A stretch of 64,000 bases of DNA from Aplysia californica (lineage: Eukaryota). The DNA lies in assembly GCF_000002075.1 (NCBI RefSeq), contig NW_004798404.1:94493-158492 (forward strand). Reading direction: 5' to 3'. Below the pieces are notes generated by a model, which was not told the origin of the DNA, made no database searches, and saw nothing but the letters and a program-made list of their open reading frames with translations. The position numbers and the translations under genes are program-made. Shown here piece after piece: positions 1-12,384 of this stretch (within the stretch, counting starts at the first letter, position 1; the number at the start of each line of letters is the position of its first letter).

Positions 1-559
1 GTTTTTTCAGTTTTGAGACAGTTTTGCTGCAAAAAGCTAAATTTCTTTATTTCGCCGATCGCTTTTGTAGGCCGACGCTTCTGTCTCTGCAATTTTAGAA
101 AATCCGGTGCGGAAGTGATATTTTGCGAGGCGCATTTTGTTTTGAGAGTATAAATCTAGATCTAGACCTTCTAATTTTTTGTATCTCTCAAGATTATTGC
201 TCAATTCCAGTAGAGTGTAAATATAGTTGGCCAATGACTTTCAGTTGACATTAATGCACCGATCATACCTTTCATCAAAAGGGGACCCAGCTAGTATTTT
301 ATAAAAGAGCAAGAATGACATCTGCCAGTCAGGGAAGAGAAAGAAAATACACTCTATCAGTATCATGGAGTGTATAGAAATAAACCATAGTCTGTCTAGA
401 AGTGTATAGTTTAGAAAACATAGTCTGTCACAGAGCATGTAACTTCTGTCAATCTGGGAAGAGAACGAAAAGATTCTCTACCGTGAAGCTTATAAAAAGA
501 AAACATTCGCTATCATGAAGTCTATGGAAAGAAAGCATAATAACTATTCTGTTTAGTTT

Positions 560-1270
560 TAGTAGAGGTTTTACGGCGCTCGCAACTGTATAAGGTCATA
601 TTATGAGCGCCAGAAGATTACAGGTGTTACAAGAGAGTAACAAATATAAAAAAGAAGAAGGGGAGATAAGGACGATAGATGTTTGATAGGAAAGAAGGAG
701 CAAACCCCACCAGAGCACCCGCTAACCACCCACAACTATTCGGTAATGGAAAGAAAGATAACATACCAGACAAAATAAAAGACATAAAAAGAACTTTGAT
801 CAACACTAACGTTGCATTAGTAACAAAAAACACAGCAGATAGACCACAGAGAACGTTACCGTCACTTACAAGATCTGATCTGAGACTGCTCTGTGTACAA
901 GGGTTTGCGGAACGCCTCGTTGAAGAACCAGACGAAGTTGACCAGCCACAGAAAGGGCAGGATGAAGAAGCCAGCTGGAAATTTAAACAAAAAGACAGGA
1001 CGATCAAATTTTTTTTTTCAAGACAACGAGTACAGAGATGTTATGCTATAGCAGACTCCAAGTGTGAAAAATAAAAACACACTAACTATTCAACAGGAAA
1101 TACAACAAACAAGAGAAAGATGTTTGCTTCTTTCCTTGATGCAGCAAAGTAATAGGGCCGTACAAAGTTTTGAAGAAGTAATTCCAAGAGTGGAGCATGA
1201 AATCTTTCTGTACGATTTATTCCGTACTGGCACCATTTTGTACTTAAAAATTCTGTTAAAATGAAAGCTT
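560..1270 (-). mobile_element. 3' remnant of a non-LTR retrotransposon (I/Nimb-like tail)
   Basis: The block GGTTTTACGGCGCTCGCAACTG...GAGCACCCGCTAACCACCCAC recurs at ~49130-49295, inverted at ~21380-21550, and partly at ~57378-57405. A degenerate Cys-containing frame (CPFCG) lies on the minus strand. Family assignment is tentative. Confidence 0.5.
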
Positions 1271-3895
1271 TGATGTATTTTCGCCTAAAATTGCAAGAAA
1301 TTGCGAACTTTGCAAAAAATTGTGGGTTTATCGCGGAACTTGATGAAAAAGGCTGCTGTAAGACTGCAAAAGACAGCGCCGATTTCCTGTGGTGCCATTT
1401 AAATATATATTATTATAGATAATTGATGGAGTGCATGCACATAAAATTGAGTAACAGTAATATATTTCACTGATTTACCATGATAATACTTGCGACAGAG
1501 CACCAGTTTTTCTTCATTTTTCACTCGCCGAAGGTCCATTTCTCCAGTCAGCAAAAGCACAAATTTTTCCAAATATGTTCAGAACTATCTGAAAAAGAGA
1601 AATGACAAAACAATTTCATAATGGGTCTTAAGATGTAAGGCTTTAAAATAAACTACAGTTGAGCACAGATAGATTGTTACTGAAACAAGAAAAACTCAAA
1701 TTTACGGACAGCTCGGACAATTTACCAGAAGCTTCCATTCCTCAAATGAACCTCTGTTATCTTCTTTATATGGAAAACAAACACGTCCATCGCCATTGTG
1801 AGCATATCAAGTAACATGAGTCCACCAAGCTCTCCTTCAAAGGGCACAACCCCCCCTTCCCTGAAGGTGTCACCTCAGGGCAGCAATCTGTCACAGTTAA
1901 CTCTCTATCTCACTGGATGGGGGGGGGGAGACCCACTATGACGGGGCCTTCTTTTGGTACGGCAGGTTTTGGTCTCGCTACCGACAAATCCTCTTTCTTC
2001 AATAATATCTTAGCTGTCGCTAAAGATATCGGAAAAACTTTATCTTCAGTAAGTGAACACATCAATTCCTCTCATGTGTATTGATGTACGATATATAGGG
2101 CTGACGCAAAGAACAATGCTATAAACAGGGATGTCATTCACCTTTAAAAAAAAACAACTGACAATCAACGTGCCACGGTCTCGATAACATAATAATATGA
2201 ATATCAATTTGAAACCCAAAGGGTGTACATTGAGAGAAATGACAAACAAACAAACATAGATTCTATCTCAATCTCAATAACATAACAGCGGATCAGGATC
2301 AAAATACCGGAAAAAAGTGGAAAAGTGGCATCCCTGTATAAATAAGCGTGTTCCTGGGGTTAGCCCAGGCTTGGGCAAGTACTGCGTTTTCGCACTGCTG
2401 GTGCCCGGCGTGTGGTATTGTTAAACTATGGGACAACCATATCGCATTGTAGTGTTGTTCTTCTTTCATTTTCAACCAAAATTACTGCTAAATGAGCGAG
2501 GACAATAACAATTAAATTTTGCTGAAACCAGTCAGGAAAAAAAATTTCAGATGAAGATGTCTATTTATAATATGAGATTTCCGTTGAATGTCTTTTGAAT
2601 CGGTGTCAGCTGTGCACATGGCTTTGAGGCTCTGTTAGGGACTCGGTAAAAAGACTGAAAAAGGTTTGGGATAACTGCTTGGGGGCGAAAAAACATTTTT
2701 CCAGGGATTTTTTTTTTGTGAGTTAGATCTAGATCTATCTGGATCTTTAAATAGATGATCATTGTTGAATCCCGACTTCCCATAACTCAAAGGCTGTCGT
2801 TATTCTCACCCGCAGTGAAAATAAAAATATAATATTATATACAACCCGCTCTGAGAAATTATTCTTACCTGGGTGTTGAGAACGGGTAGCAATACATTAG
2901 GCTAATAATTGCTCCCGAGTGCTGGCCGATTTTTTTAGGCTCCCGCAGGGGAATGTTATTGTTTCATTAAAAAAAAATCTTGACAGTATGCATATATACC
3001 TTCACCAGAATCCTAGACAAATGAATACATTTCTCAATTCAGAAATGAAATCACTTGCTAGAGTCGTATGTTTTTAAAAACAAATAGCCTGAACTGAAAG
3101 GAGTTTTATGAAATAATGTTTGTAATAGATCTAGATCTAGTATGTTCAGAAAACTGGATTTGTTTACAACACAAACATTTTATCACCTGTACTAACAGAA
3201 CCCACGAAGGTGCATTGACCCGTTGGCAATTTTAGTCGCTTCAAGCGCTCAACGGAGTGAGAGAGAGAGGGGGAGGCGAGTTTTGTCGCCTGGAGCGTTC
3301 AGTGACAGGAGGGGCCGTCTATCAATTTACAATGGGCATCCTGGTGGCTGCATCTCCTGGGAGGTCCGGGGGTTTGTTTCTCTGCAAGGTCACACACAAC
3401 ACTTAAAAATCTATCATGTCGTAAATATTGTGAATAATTGTGGTGTATGCCCATGTGGCAAACTCTGCGTCTAGTGTGGCTAAAGCTTGGCCACACTGCA
3501 GCAGAGCGGTGAACATTATACTACAAAGACAAAGGTCCAATTTACAATACAATTCATTGATCAACAAACTGTAGGATATCGAAAGGATGGCCGGCATCCT
3601 GTCAACTTCCCGGTAAAACTAAGGGTGGAAATGGGCGCTCTTTCGGTAGTTACCACCCCGCAATTGTTATTCGCTGGTTTTGGCCCCAAGAGTAGGGGGG
3701 TCCCCCCTGACCTTATAAATATGGTGGGGGGTTTAAGGGGGGCATGCCCCCCTGAATTTTACCACAATATAATGTTTTGCAGTTGTTAGGTTTGATATCT
3801 TAGCTTGCCGCAAATCAAACGTATAGATCTAGACTAGATCTAGATGTAGGTCAGGCTCAAATAAGGGGGGTGGGAACTACCGAAAAGGAAGCTGG

Positions 3896-4493
3896 GAAGA
3901 GGCTAGCCGTACTTAATGACGGCTAGACTGGCAGTCTAGCCGTACTTATTCTTAATATGATGACTAGACTGACCATTTACAAAGAAATTGGCCTACTGAA
4001 TTGTAAATATACATTTTTAGTGTGCAGTACCTAAAGTATTTGTATTTGAGGCGAAACCAGGTGCCTTAATGACAGTGTATGTATTTTAAACCTTCTGTTT
4101 TCTGATGTTAATAGGGCCTAAGATAAGTACGGCTAGACTTCTTGTCTAGCCGTACTTAAGTACGGGTAGACAGCCAGGCTAGCCGTACTTAAGGACGGCT
4201 AGACTGTCAGGCTAGCCGTACTTAATATTGATGGCTGAATTGTAAATGAAATTTTTATTTTGCAATGCCAAAAGTATTTGTATTTCAGACAAAACCAAAA
4301 GGTGCCTTACTGACTTGCATGTATTTGAACTTGAATAATTACTAGATCTAGATCTAATGAGACCTGTGTACTTAACAGGCTTGAGTCGATTGGGCCAAAC
4401 CTAGATCTAAGTACGGCTAGACTGGCAGTCTAGCCGTACTTAAGTACGGCTAGACTGGCAGTCTAGCCGTACTTAAGTACGGCTAGCCACTTC
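3896..4493. mobile_element. Foldback/MITE-like element built from palindromic ~32-bp units
   Basis: Inverted termini GAAGAGGCTAGCCGTACTTAA ... TTAAGTACGGCTAGCCACTTC. Internal repeats of CTAGCCGTACTTAAGTACGGCTAG and CTAGACTGGCAGTCTAG. Internal direct duplication ~3995-4090 vs ~4235-4330. Confidence 0.7.
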
Positions 4494-5191
4494 GTACCGA
4501 AAAAGCACCTGGAAATGAGCAATCCTCTCGATATTGTTATAATGAACGAACTTTTTGCTATTTCCGTCATTCAAGTTAGAATTACACCAAGACCAATGAT
4601 AGATGATTAAAGCGTTATTACATGAAGTTGATTTTGGACCTCAGTCCTCAGCCTCATTTATCACACCCAGGTATCCCATATTTAGATGCTCAAGCCTCAA
4701 GCTCCATGGATTATGGTCCGCTCTCATGCTATTGAACACGGCTCGATTGAACACACCACCTAAAAGCCTTAATATATTTTGTCAGACAATGAAGAATACG
4801 ATTTCAAGGTACGTATTAAAAAAACTTCGGTTTTCTGAAGAAAAGAAGTCTTGTTTACATTAGGCCTACATGTATTACTCACTTTCAGGGGCTGTGGCTG
4901 TCTCCGTTTCCTTTTTTCCGGGTTTACGACGCATCACTAATCTTTACAATTACAGGGGTGATCTCCCTTATCTCAGTTAATACAAAATAGAGAGAAATTG
5001 TCAAAAAACAAATATCATCTTGTAATTCATCACTTTTGACTATACTAGACTGTCTTAGGAGCTCATTTTTCAAAATTAAAAAATAGACAAAAGTGATATG
5101 TAGATATTTGTTTGCTATAGTATTTATGCAATAAGAGTAAAGACCAAAATATATTGTTCCGTAGTGCACACTCAACTTGTTTGGATCCACC

Positions 5192-5217
5192 TGTTTACAT
5201 TGACGACAAGATGGCGG
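5192..5217 (+). promoter_or_regulatory. Candidate Forkhead/X-box-like site plus YY1-type motif overlapping the HOATZ-like start codon
   Basis: TGTTTAC (Forkhead core) at 5192-5198 lies within GTTTACATTGACGAC, a loose X-box-like imperfect palindrome. CAAGATGGCGG at 5207-5217. Motif match only. Confidence 0.3.
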
Positions 5218-5403
5218 TGAGAATGATAGATTTAACTGCGCAACCACAAAGATGCACTTTCACGGATTCCCCACCTGAAGAAATGAGTTATGCTGAAGCC
5301 TTCTGGCACTCTGTTAGGCTTCAGCCTACAATGGAATCTAGACTCGTCTCCTCAGATATCAAACAGAGATTGGGGAAGAAGAAGAAAAATACGTCGAAAT
5401 CAA
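5211..5403 (+). CDS. HOATZ: HOATZ-like (C11orf88-like) cilia/flagella protein, exon 1
   Basis: AAGATGGCG start and TCAA|GTAAGG donor (phase 1). TFTDSPPEEMSYAEAFWHSVRLQPTMESRLVSSDIKQRL parallels the recalled HOATZ N-terminal block ([37 protein letters not shown]). Confidence 0.8.
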
Positions 5404-6070
5404 GTAAGGCAAGGTTCACCCCCCCCCTCTTTTTATCCTGCGGAGTCGCTATGCCGCCCGATATGGCGAGTGGCTTGCGTTTTGCAACTCGAGTGAATTC
5501 TGCCTCTAAATTGTCAAAACCTCATGTAGACTCTAATCATTTCACCTCAAAAGGTGCAATTGTTTTGTTGTGGACTGAGAGAACTGCAACTGTAATTTTT
5601 AATCAAAATTAATCAGAAATGTTCCAGTAGGCATAGATCTAGATCTAGATCTAGAATCTACTTGCACTTTGTCTTGCATGCATCGAATGATCGAATAGAT
5701 AATTAATTTTATTTAGAACGTGACCTTGTGCTATTTACAAAATTATTGCTGGTGATTAAGACTGAAAAGTCTCATTTACTAATAATTTTGCTGAAATCTT
5801 TCTTTTTAGTGATATAGAGACGTGCTAACTGCTGTAATGACCATTAAAACCGTTCATTTGCATTTTTAGAGTGGCTTTACAAAATTCATGTTGAACATGA
5901 TGTAGTTTTATTTCCATGCTATTCATTCCTTGTTGCNNNNNNNNNNNNNNNNNNNNNNNNNNNNNNNNNNNNNNNNNNNNNNNNNNNNNNNNNNNNNNNN
6001 NNNNNNNNNNNNNNNNNNNNNNNNNNNNNNNNNNNNNNNNNNNNNNNNNNNNNNNNNNNNNNNNNNNNNN

Positions 6071-6155
6071 NTCTCTATGCTCTCTCCGCTCTCTCTCTCT
6101 CCTCTCTCTCTTCTCTCTCTCTCCTCTGTCTCTGCTCTCTCTCTCCTCTGTCTCT

Positions 6156-6223
<68 letters not shown>
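6071..6223. repeat. (CT)n microsatellite
   Basis: Direct reading, adjacent to an N-gap. Confidence 0.95.
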
Positions 6224-6225
<2 letters not shown>

Positions 6226-7222
6226 AACAGAAGCTGCATGTGCAGAGACTCTCTACTTGCTCCTAGTCGCAGAGCAACTATACTATAATACACACCTTGT
6301 TGACAGTGATGTGAATCCCGGGTAGTCAGTACTAGGTGACCAGCTCTGGCAGAAAAATGCTAGCCACCTGAGTTTGTGGCAAGTTGTCACAAGCAAGGTT
6401 TCATTGTTTGTTCCTGAAAATGCTAGACCTCTTTGATAATCAGGTCTAGCCCTGCATGCCATAAAAGAGCTATACTCTGGACACTGAGGAATGTTACATG
6501 TATAAATAAAAAACAACATAGACCACAGATTTGGACAAATAGAAAGTTAACAGCTTATGTGAATGTATTTTATTGATAAAAAATGCTCAAACCACATGAA
6601 AAAAATCATAGAGATTAGCGCTGGTGTCAACTGAAATGACATCAAAATGTGAGGAATGTTACTGTAAGACAAAAGAATTGATTTTATTCATCAGTTTCCC
6701 ATAATATAATGGATAAATCTGTACCCTCCCGTTTGAGACTTTTTGAGGACATGTTTTTCCTGTTCAAAATGGGCGAACACATATAACAATCACCACGACT
6801 AAACAAAGAGCCTCAGCGACCTCATTCCGGGACAGTGTATGTTTTTTTGCACGCACTGTTCCCAAATCCTGTTCATTGCTAATGGAAAGGTGCCTCTTTA
6901 TACTTGAAACAAACAGTTCTGTTGCTTGGATGGAGACCAAACTCATTACCTGCTCCATTTCGATTGTTACTGTTTTTTCCCCTCAGAAAAACACCTTTTT
7001 TTGTTGCTATAACAGTTTCGTATCTTACAACATAGACTTTTAACAGTTTTTCAAGCTGATCAGAGACTCCTCAGCATAATTTCTTTGCACTTGTACCAAA
7101 ATAAGTAGGCTTGGTGTCTTTTGATATTTATAGTTGACACTCAAAATAGACTAGGAACTTAGTAAACAGTACTGGTGGAATAACCCATATATTATAATGC
7201 TTTAATTTAACTTTTCTTCCAG

Positions 7223-7255
7223 GTGTCACCTCAGGACAGCAATCTGTTAATAGCG
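7223..7255 (+). CDS. HOATZ: HOATZ-like exon 2 (33-nt micro-exon)
   Basis: TTTTCTTCCAG| acceptor and |GTGAGT donor, phase 1-1. Encodes (S)VTSGQQSVNS(E) and keeps frame between exons 1 and 3. Confidence 0.7.
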
Positions 7256-7291
7256 GTGAGTTGCTTGACAAACATTTAGATTTTATTGTAT

Positions 7292-7729
7292 ATGTGAGGC
7301 CTTGTGGTGAAACCAGGCACTCGTCACATTAATGAAATTGATGATATCGGCATGTGTCCTCTAGTTTGACCATTTCTTTCTACTTTTTGTTTTCTGGCTC
7401 AACGGCTTTTATGTCCATTAAAAACATACTATTTCTGTGTGAGTTTTACTGAAAAACATTGATTAAAGGCACAAAAAATGTAAATTTTCAGTTTCCAAGG
7501 ACTCTCGAGCTTTGGAAATCACTACTTTGACCGCCATTTTCTCACTAATTTACCTCTGAAAGCAGGCGACTCCGACCTCCTTCGATCGCAGATATCTCAA
7601 CTTCTAGTCAAGATACGCTTGTGTTTTTTTCATCATGAGATGGTCAAATGTACAAGCTTTAAGATGATACCAATAACTCCAGATCCTGAAAAACTAACGA
7701 GCGCCTGATTCTACCGTGTTGGGTCGCAT
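7292..7729. mobile_element. ~430-bp MITE family A (ATGTGAGGC-ended), degenerate copy
   Basis: Inverted termini ATGTGAGGCCTTGTGGTGAAACCAGGCACTCGTC ... ACGAGCGCCTGATTCTACCGTGTTGGGTCGCAT. Body alignable by eye to 23161-23588, 39940-40378 and 52861-53293. Confidence 0.75.
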
Positions 7730-8037
7730 ATTGTTATCCTTTTAATAATATGGAAGCATTTTAAATTTTACAATTTTTGAGCCTGGTCTATTTCATCAAT
7801 AATGTGATCCCTTTGCCAAATTGTGAATGATTTGCTAGGACAAGTATTTCTCAAGATGTATTGTAATAAATCTCACAGTGTTCTTATTACCGGCACTTCA
7901 TTTTGCTGAAGGCAGGTCAAGGTTTATAGTGAATGGCAGATCCTTTTCTCCTGAAACTTTGATCTGAAGAACTTGTCAATTATTCTTGGTTTCTGTTGTC
8001 TTCTGTCCACTCTACGTAAAGTAAAAGTGTTTATAGT

Positions 8038-8260
8038 ATGTGACGCATCTTGGTGAAATCAGGTGCTCGTCAAAATAACGAAACTGAAGAAACAGGCCTT
8101 TTGCTGTGGGTTTGATCATTTTTATCGAATGTTTGTTTTTTAGTTCAACATCTTTTATGTCAATTTAAAAACATTTCTGTGTCTACTTTCCTGAAAAAGG
8201 TTACTTAAAAAGGTACCCCCCCCCCCCTAAAAAAAAGTAAATTTTCAGTTGCTTGAGAGC
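8038..8260. mobile_element. MITE family A, left half (interrupted by SINE and LINE)
   Basis: Starts ATGTGACGCATCTTGGTGAAATCAGGTGCTCGTC. The matching right half resumes at ~12010-12185, again at ~14460-14635 and ~15737-15912. Confidence 0.65.
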
Positions 8261-8261
8261 A

Positions 8262-8380
8262 GGAAAGAAGGGGAAAAGAGACAATTTTAGAAAATATAAT
8301 ATTTTTCGGTTGCTACACGGATTCGAACCCAGGACCTTTGATTGAGAGGCGAACCCCATAACCTCTAGGCCACGAGCCCC
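8262..8380 (-). mobile_element. tRNA-derived SINE head
   Basis: Minus strand GGGCTCGTGGCCTAGAGGTT (A box) ... GGTTCGAATCC (B box). Same family at ~41448-41620 and ~57650-57850. Confidence 0.7.
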
Positions 8381-8419
8381 CCCCCCCCCCCCCCCCCCCC
8401 CGAGCAACCTACTTAGGGA

Positions 8420-11400
8420 ACCTAAACAAATGGGTTACGGGGAAAGATCAGGGAAACATAGTTTTCTTCAGAGCCTCCGAGGAAAGGAATAAATGGAGAG
8501 CCGTGATCGCCGATGTCAGTCGCAGATCTGGCACTGGATGATGAGTGGCGTGCATCCCAAGCTGTTAGTCCACTTTGATCTGGCCAACCTCTATACTGCT
8601 TAAGACCGTTGTGCGTGAGCGAAAATTCACATCTTTCCCGAGGTGTCACCTGAGGTGTCACCTGCTACCCTTAACCGTGCGGTTCAGGAGCAGAACACAA
8701 CGAATCTTGAGGAGCAATACCTCAATAACAAACACCATAGTCCTTCGGCTCACCGTCTGCCAAAGGGACGCAAGACTATGGGTCAATCAGCCTTACACAA
8801 ATCCTAATCTCACGGTATACCTACGTGCTAATGGGATGAACGGCTACAGGGCTCATAAGTCGCTAACGTGGGCGTCAGGTAAGCGAGAGGGATGGCGCCA
8901 GGCGTATGGACATCCCCTGTCCCTTCCCATGTGTAGGACTCTGCCAGGGCGACAGTTAGAAAAACAAACATGAGTAAAAGTTATGAAAAGGAAACAGCAC
9001 AGGAGCGACAGAGAACGTGCTCCTTTGGCGACGCTTTCTCCTGAATCGTTACTGAGGACTGGGGGGGGGGGGGGGAGGAGAGGAAGGAGGAGAGGAAAGA
9101 GAGGAGGTGCCAGGAAAAGAAGGGCAGGGAAAAGAAAGAATCAGGGAAAAACAGACAGGCTCAAAATGAAAAACGTCTGCATTGGCTATTGGAATTGCCT
9201 CAGTAGAAGGAACAGAGGAAGAGTGCTGGAAACGCTCGCCTATGTCTCTGACCTCTTTTTTCTGCAGGAGACCAATGCTAAAACTTTGTCATGTCCTGGG
9301 TGCACGTCATAATATCAATATCAACCCAATGAGCCCAACTCATCTAGGATTAGCCACTGTGGTCAGGAATGGTATCCAGCACCGGGTAAGAGACGTCATT
9401 ACTTGGGACAAGGAGGACAGGGAGCTACAAGCACTTGAGCTAGTGATCCGCAACAGGTCATGGGTCATTGTTAATCTCTATGCCGGAGGGGGAAAACTTG
9501 TCCGTGAAGATGACTGGGAGTTTCGCCATTAGCTATTCGATCTTGGAGATGTTGTCCTGATCTTTGGGGACTTCAATGCCAGAAGCTCGACCTGGGGCAA
9601 TGTCAACGAAAATGGTCAGGGAAACGCTTTGGATAGCAAGTTGATTGAAAGTGATCTCCACATCCTCAACATTTCCACCATGAGAAGACTATCTCAAAGA
9701 AATGGTGAACAGGACTCCAACGGTGATCTGGCCCTGATCAAAACAGGTGGCGAAGCTTTTACACAATGGAGTGTACTGGCAGATCAAGGTAGCGAACTCC
9801 TACCATGCTCAGTTCTTATATCAAAGGGTGGAAAGACAGTGAGACAAAAGGTCAAGGGTGTTTAAGTACAAATCAGACACCTCGGTCTTGGGAGGCCTGA
9901 GAAAGAAGGCCTGGAACAGAAGACCCTCAAGATCTAACGTTACGCAGCCACCATGGTGGAGCAATGAAACTGACTGCCTGTGGAAAGAGAAGAGGAATGC
10001 TGCTAAGGACTGGCAAAGAAAGAGGAAGAAACCCAATGTCACAGAGGAAGAAAAGGAGGCAGCTAAAGAGCAGATGAGGCAGGCTCGAGAAATATAAGTT
10101 CAGAACTGAAACAAATCTGGCCAAAAAGACGAAGTGGGAAGAGTCTGTAAAAAATGTTGCAGCTGAGAAGATACTCTCAAAGTTCTGGAAGCTGCGAAAG
10201 AAGATGTGGGGACAGGGTCACACAAAAACCACATTGAATGTGAAGGACGAGTCAGGAAAGACACTCCAAACTGATGAGGAGAAAGGAATGGCTTTTTTTT
10301 GGCCGATTCATACATCAAACCCACCAGGGATATATTGACCCTAGAAAGGAAGTTGAAAGAGATGTTTCAAGTGTGCTGACATCAGAGATGTATGCAAGCT
10401 ATGGGGATGCGATTTGTAAAGAAGAGGCTTCCAGAACAATAAAATATGGCAAAGACGGCGCTGGAGGGCTGGATGGTGTAAGATATTGCCACACGAAAGA
10501 AGCAGACGACGAGATGATTGAAGAAATGAAAAAAGACTTCAACATGAGCGTTGGCATTGGCAAAATCCCTGAAGAATGGTTGCACAGCTGGTTGATACCA
10601 ATCCCCAAACCAGGAAAAGACCACTCGGCTCTCAGTCGTTACAGAATCATAGCCGTACAGAACACCTATGGGAAAATTCTTGAAAAGATAGTGCCGGACG
10701 AATATCAGCACACTTGGAGAAGAAATCTGGAAGCTTGGTGTTCCCTCGACTACAGGACTGTCCAAGACATAGCTCCACCAATCACTTGCAACTATGAGAT
10801 CGTCGACAGACAGTCAGAGCTCAAGTATCTGGGAATCGTCTTCGACAGGTCGTTGTCCTTCAACAAGCATGTGAATCATGTGGTAACAAAGGCCAAACGA
10901 GGTGTTGGTGCAATCAAGACCATGGCGGCCGCTCTGATTCCACAAAGAGTGCTCTTCCTGATGATGCAGCTGGTCGTCGTGTCTGTCATTGATTATTGAT
11001 TGGGATGTCTCAAGCTGCCCGACACGCAGATTGCTAAGCTTGATCGAGTGCAGAATGAGGCAATGAGAGAAGTGCTGGGCTGCACCAAGGACACTACAAT
11101 ATTGTGCATGCGCTACTTTCATGCGTGGCATCAAAGTGTGCCATAGGATAGCTCAAGCAAAGTTGTATCTTAGTGTAATGGGCAAGGAAGATCATCCACT
11201 GCACAAAGCACTTCACGACAACAACAAAAGGCAGCATCAAAAGAGGAAAGTATTGGATGGCAGAAGCAGAAGATTCTCCCAGAAGAGTCTGTGTACCTGA
11301 ACATGTACCACTTGGCGAAGAATGGGAACAGGTGGCAGGAGAATACAGGGACCTCACCAAGGTCAAAATAAGCATGGGCAGAGACAGAAGAAATGTTGCG

Positions 11401-12010
11401 GCTGCCATCAACGAGAGCGATGTCTACGAGATTGTTTACAAAGAACTCAAAAGCAGGGGATCCTGTAATTTATACGGTTGGCCCAGTGAAAAGAAATAGC
11501 CAGCGAAGAGGATAGGGATTTGTTGTATTCGCCAACAATAAAATCATCCACAGTGCATCTGGAGCCTGCAGCAGGACTAAATCAAGTATGCGAAAGGAAA
11601 TTGAAGCCAGCACGAAAGTACGCTCACATGGATTTTCTGCCCTGGCCATGCAGGCGTTAAAGGAAATGAAAAAAGCTGACAGACTGGATGGTGAGGCCAC
11701 CTCAGTAGACAGTACGGTTTATCCAGACAAGGTCGATATCCTGAAATGTCTCTCTCGCCACCTGGTTGAAGAGGAAGATAAGGAGGCAGAGGCCAGTACT
11801 GCTGTGGAGAGGATAATGGTTTTGGAAATACAGAAAGGATGTGGAAAATCTGGCACCCTTGCAGTAAAGTACAAAAGAACGTTCAACCAGATGTGCACTG
11901 GCACAATCAGTAGACAGACCATCAGCGGCATTTTGGAGAGAGCAGCGGAGCATCGATGGACTTGTCCGGAGTGCAAGGATGTTGCTTCCAGAAACAATGA
12001 ACAATGTACA
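8420..12010 (+). mobile_element. Degenerate LINE with APE endonuclease, internally deleted RT and RNase H (Ingi/I-group-like), copy A
   Basis: EN motifs IGYWNC, FFLQET, IFGDFNA; RT start GLDGV..IPEEW..PIPKPGKD..YRII; RT end LKYLGIVFDRSLSFNKHV; RNase H-like IYT(D)G.VK and SS.R.EIEA. Many stops and frameshifts. Lies in HOATZ-like intron 2. Confidence 0.85.
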
Positions 12011-12384
12011 TCTGACACTAGGCGACCTCCACCTCCTTCAATCACAGATATCTCAACTTCTAATCAACATAGATGTGTGTTTTTTCATTAAAAGCATGGG
12101 AAATGAATAGGCTTTAAGATTATATACAAAAAACCCTATATGCCAAAAAATTGACGAGCACCCGATTCCACCGCGTCATGACACTTATATTTATGTAGTA
12201 TGCTTCCCGGGAAGCTGAGAATGTTTCGGAGTGTTCTATGGTCTGCTGGGGTAATAATATAGTGTAAAGCGCATAGAGCCTGGTNNNNNNNNNNNNNNNN
12301 NNNNNNNNNNNNNNNNNNNNNNNNNNNNNNNNNNNNNNNNNNNNNNNNNNNNNNNNNNNNNNNNNNNNNNNNNNNNNNNNNNNN

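Noticed and set aside
2862-2900. Minus-strand donor site (CAG|GTAAG) suggesting a divergent gene sharing the HOATZ-like promoter
   Set aside because: No convincing partner exon or recognisable peptide could be built; insufficient evidence.
3929-3940. miR-34-like TGGCAGT near the HOATZ-like gene (vertebrate HOATZ neighbours miR-34b/c and BTG4)
   Set aside because: Reads TGGCAGTCT and is part of the palindromic repeat; no miR-34 mature sequence or BTG-like exon was recognised.
3900-4490. CRISPR-like array of palindromic repeats
   Set aside because: Units abut with no unique spacers, there are no cas genes and the context is eukaryotic; better explained as a foldback element.
8262-8380. tRNA gene
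   Set aside because: A and B boxes are present but there is no proper cloverleaf, and several diverged copies continue into a shared non-tRNA body, so it is a SINE head.
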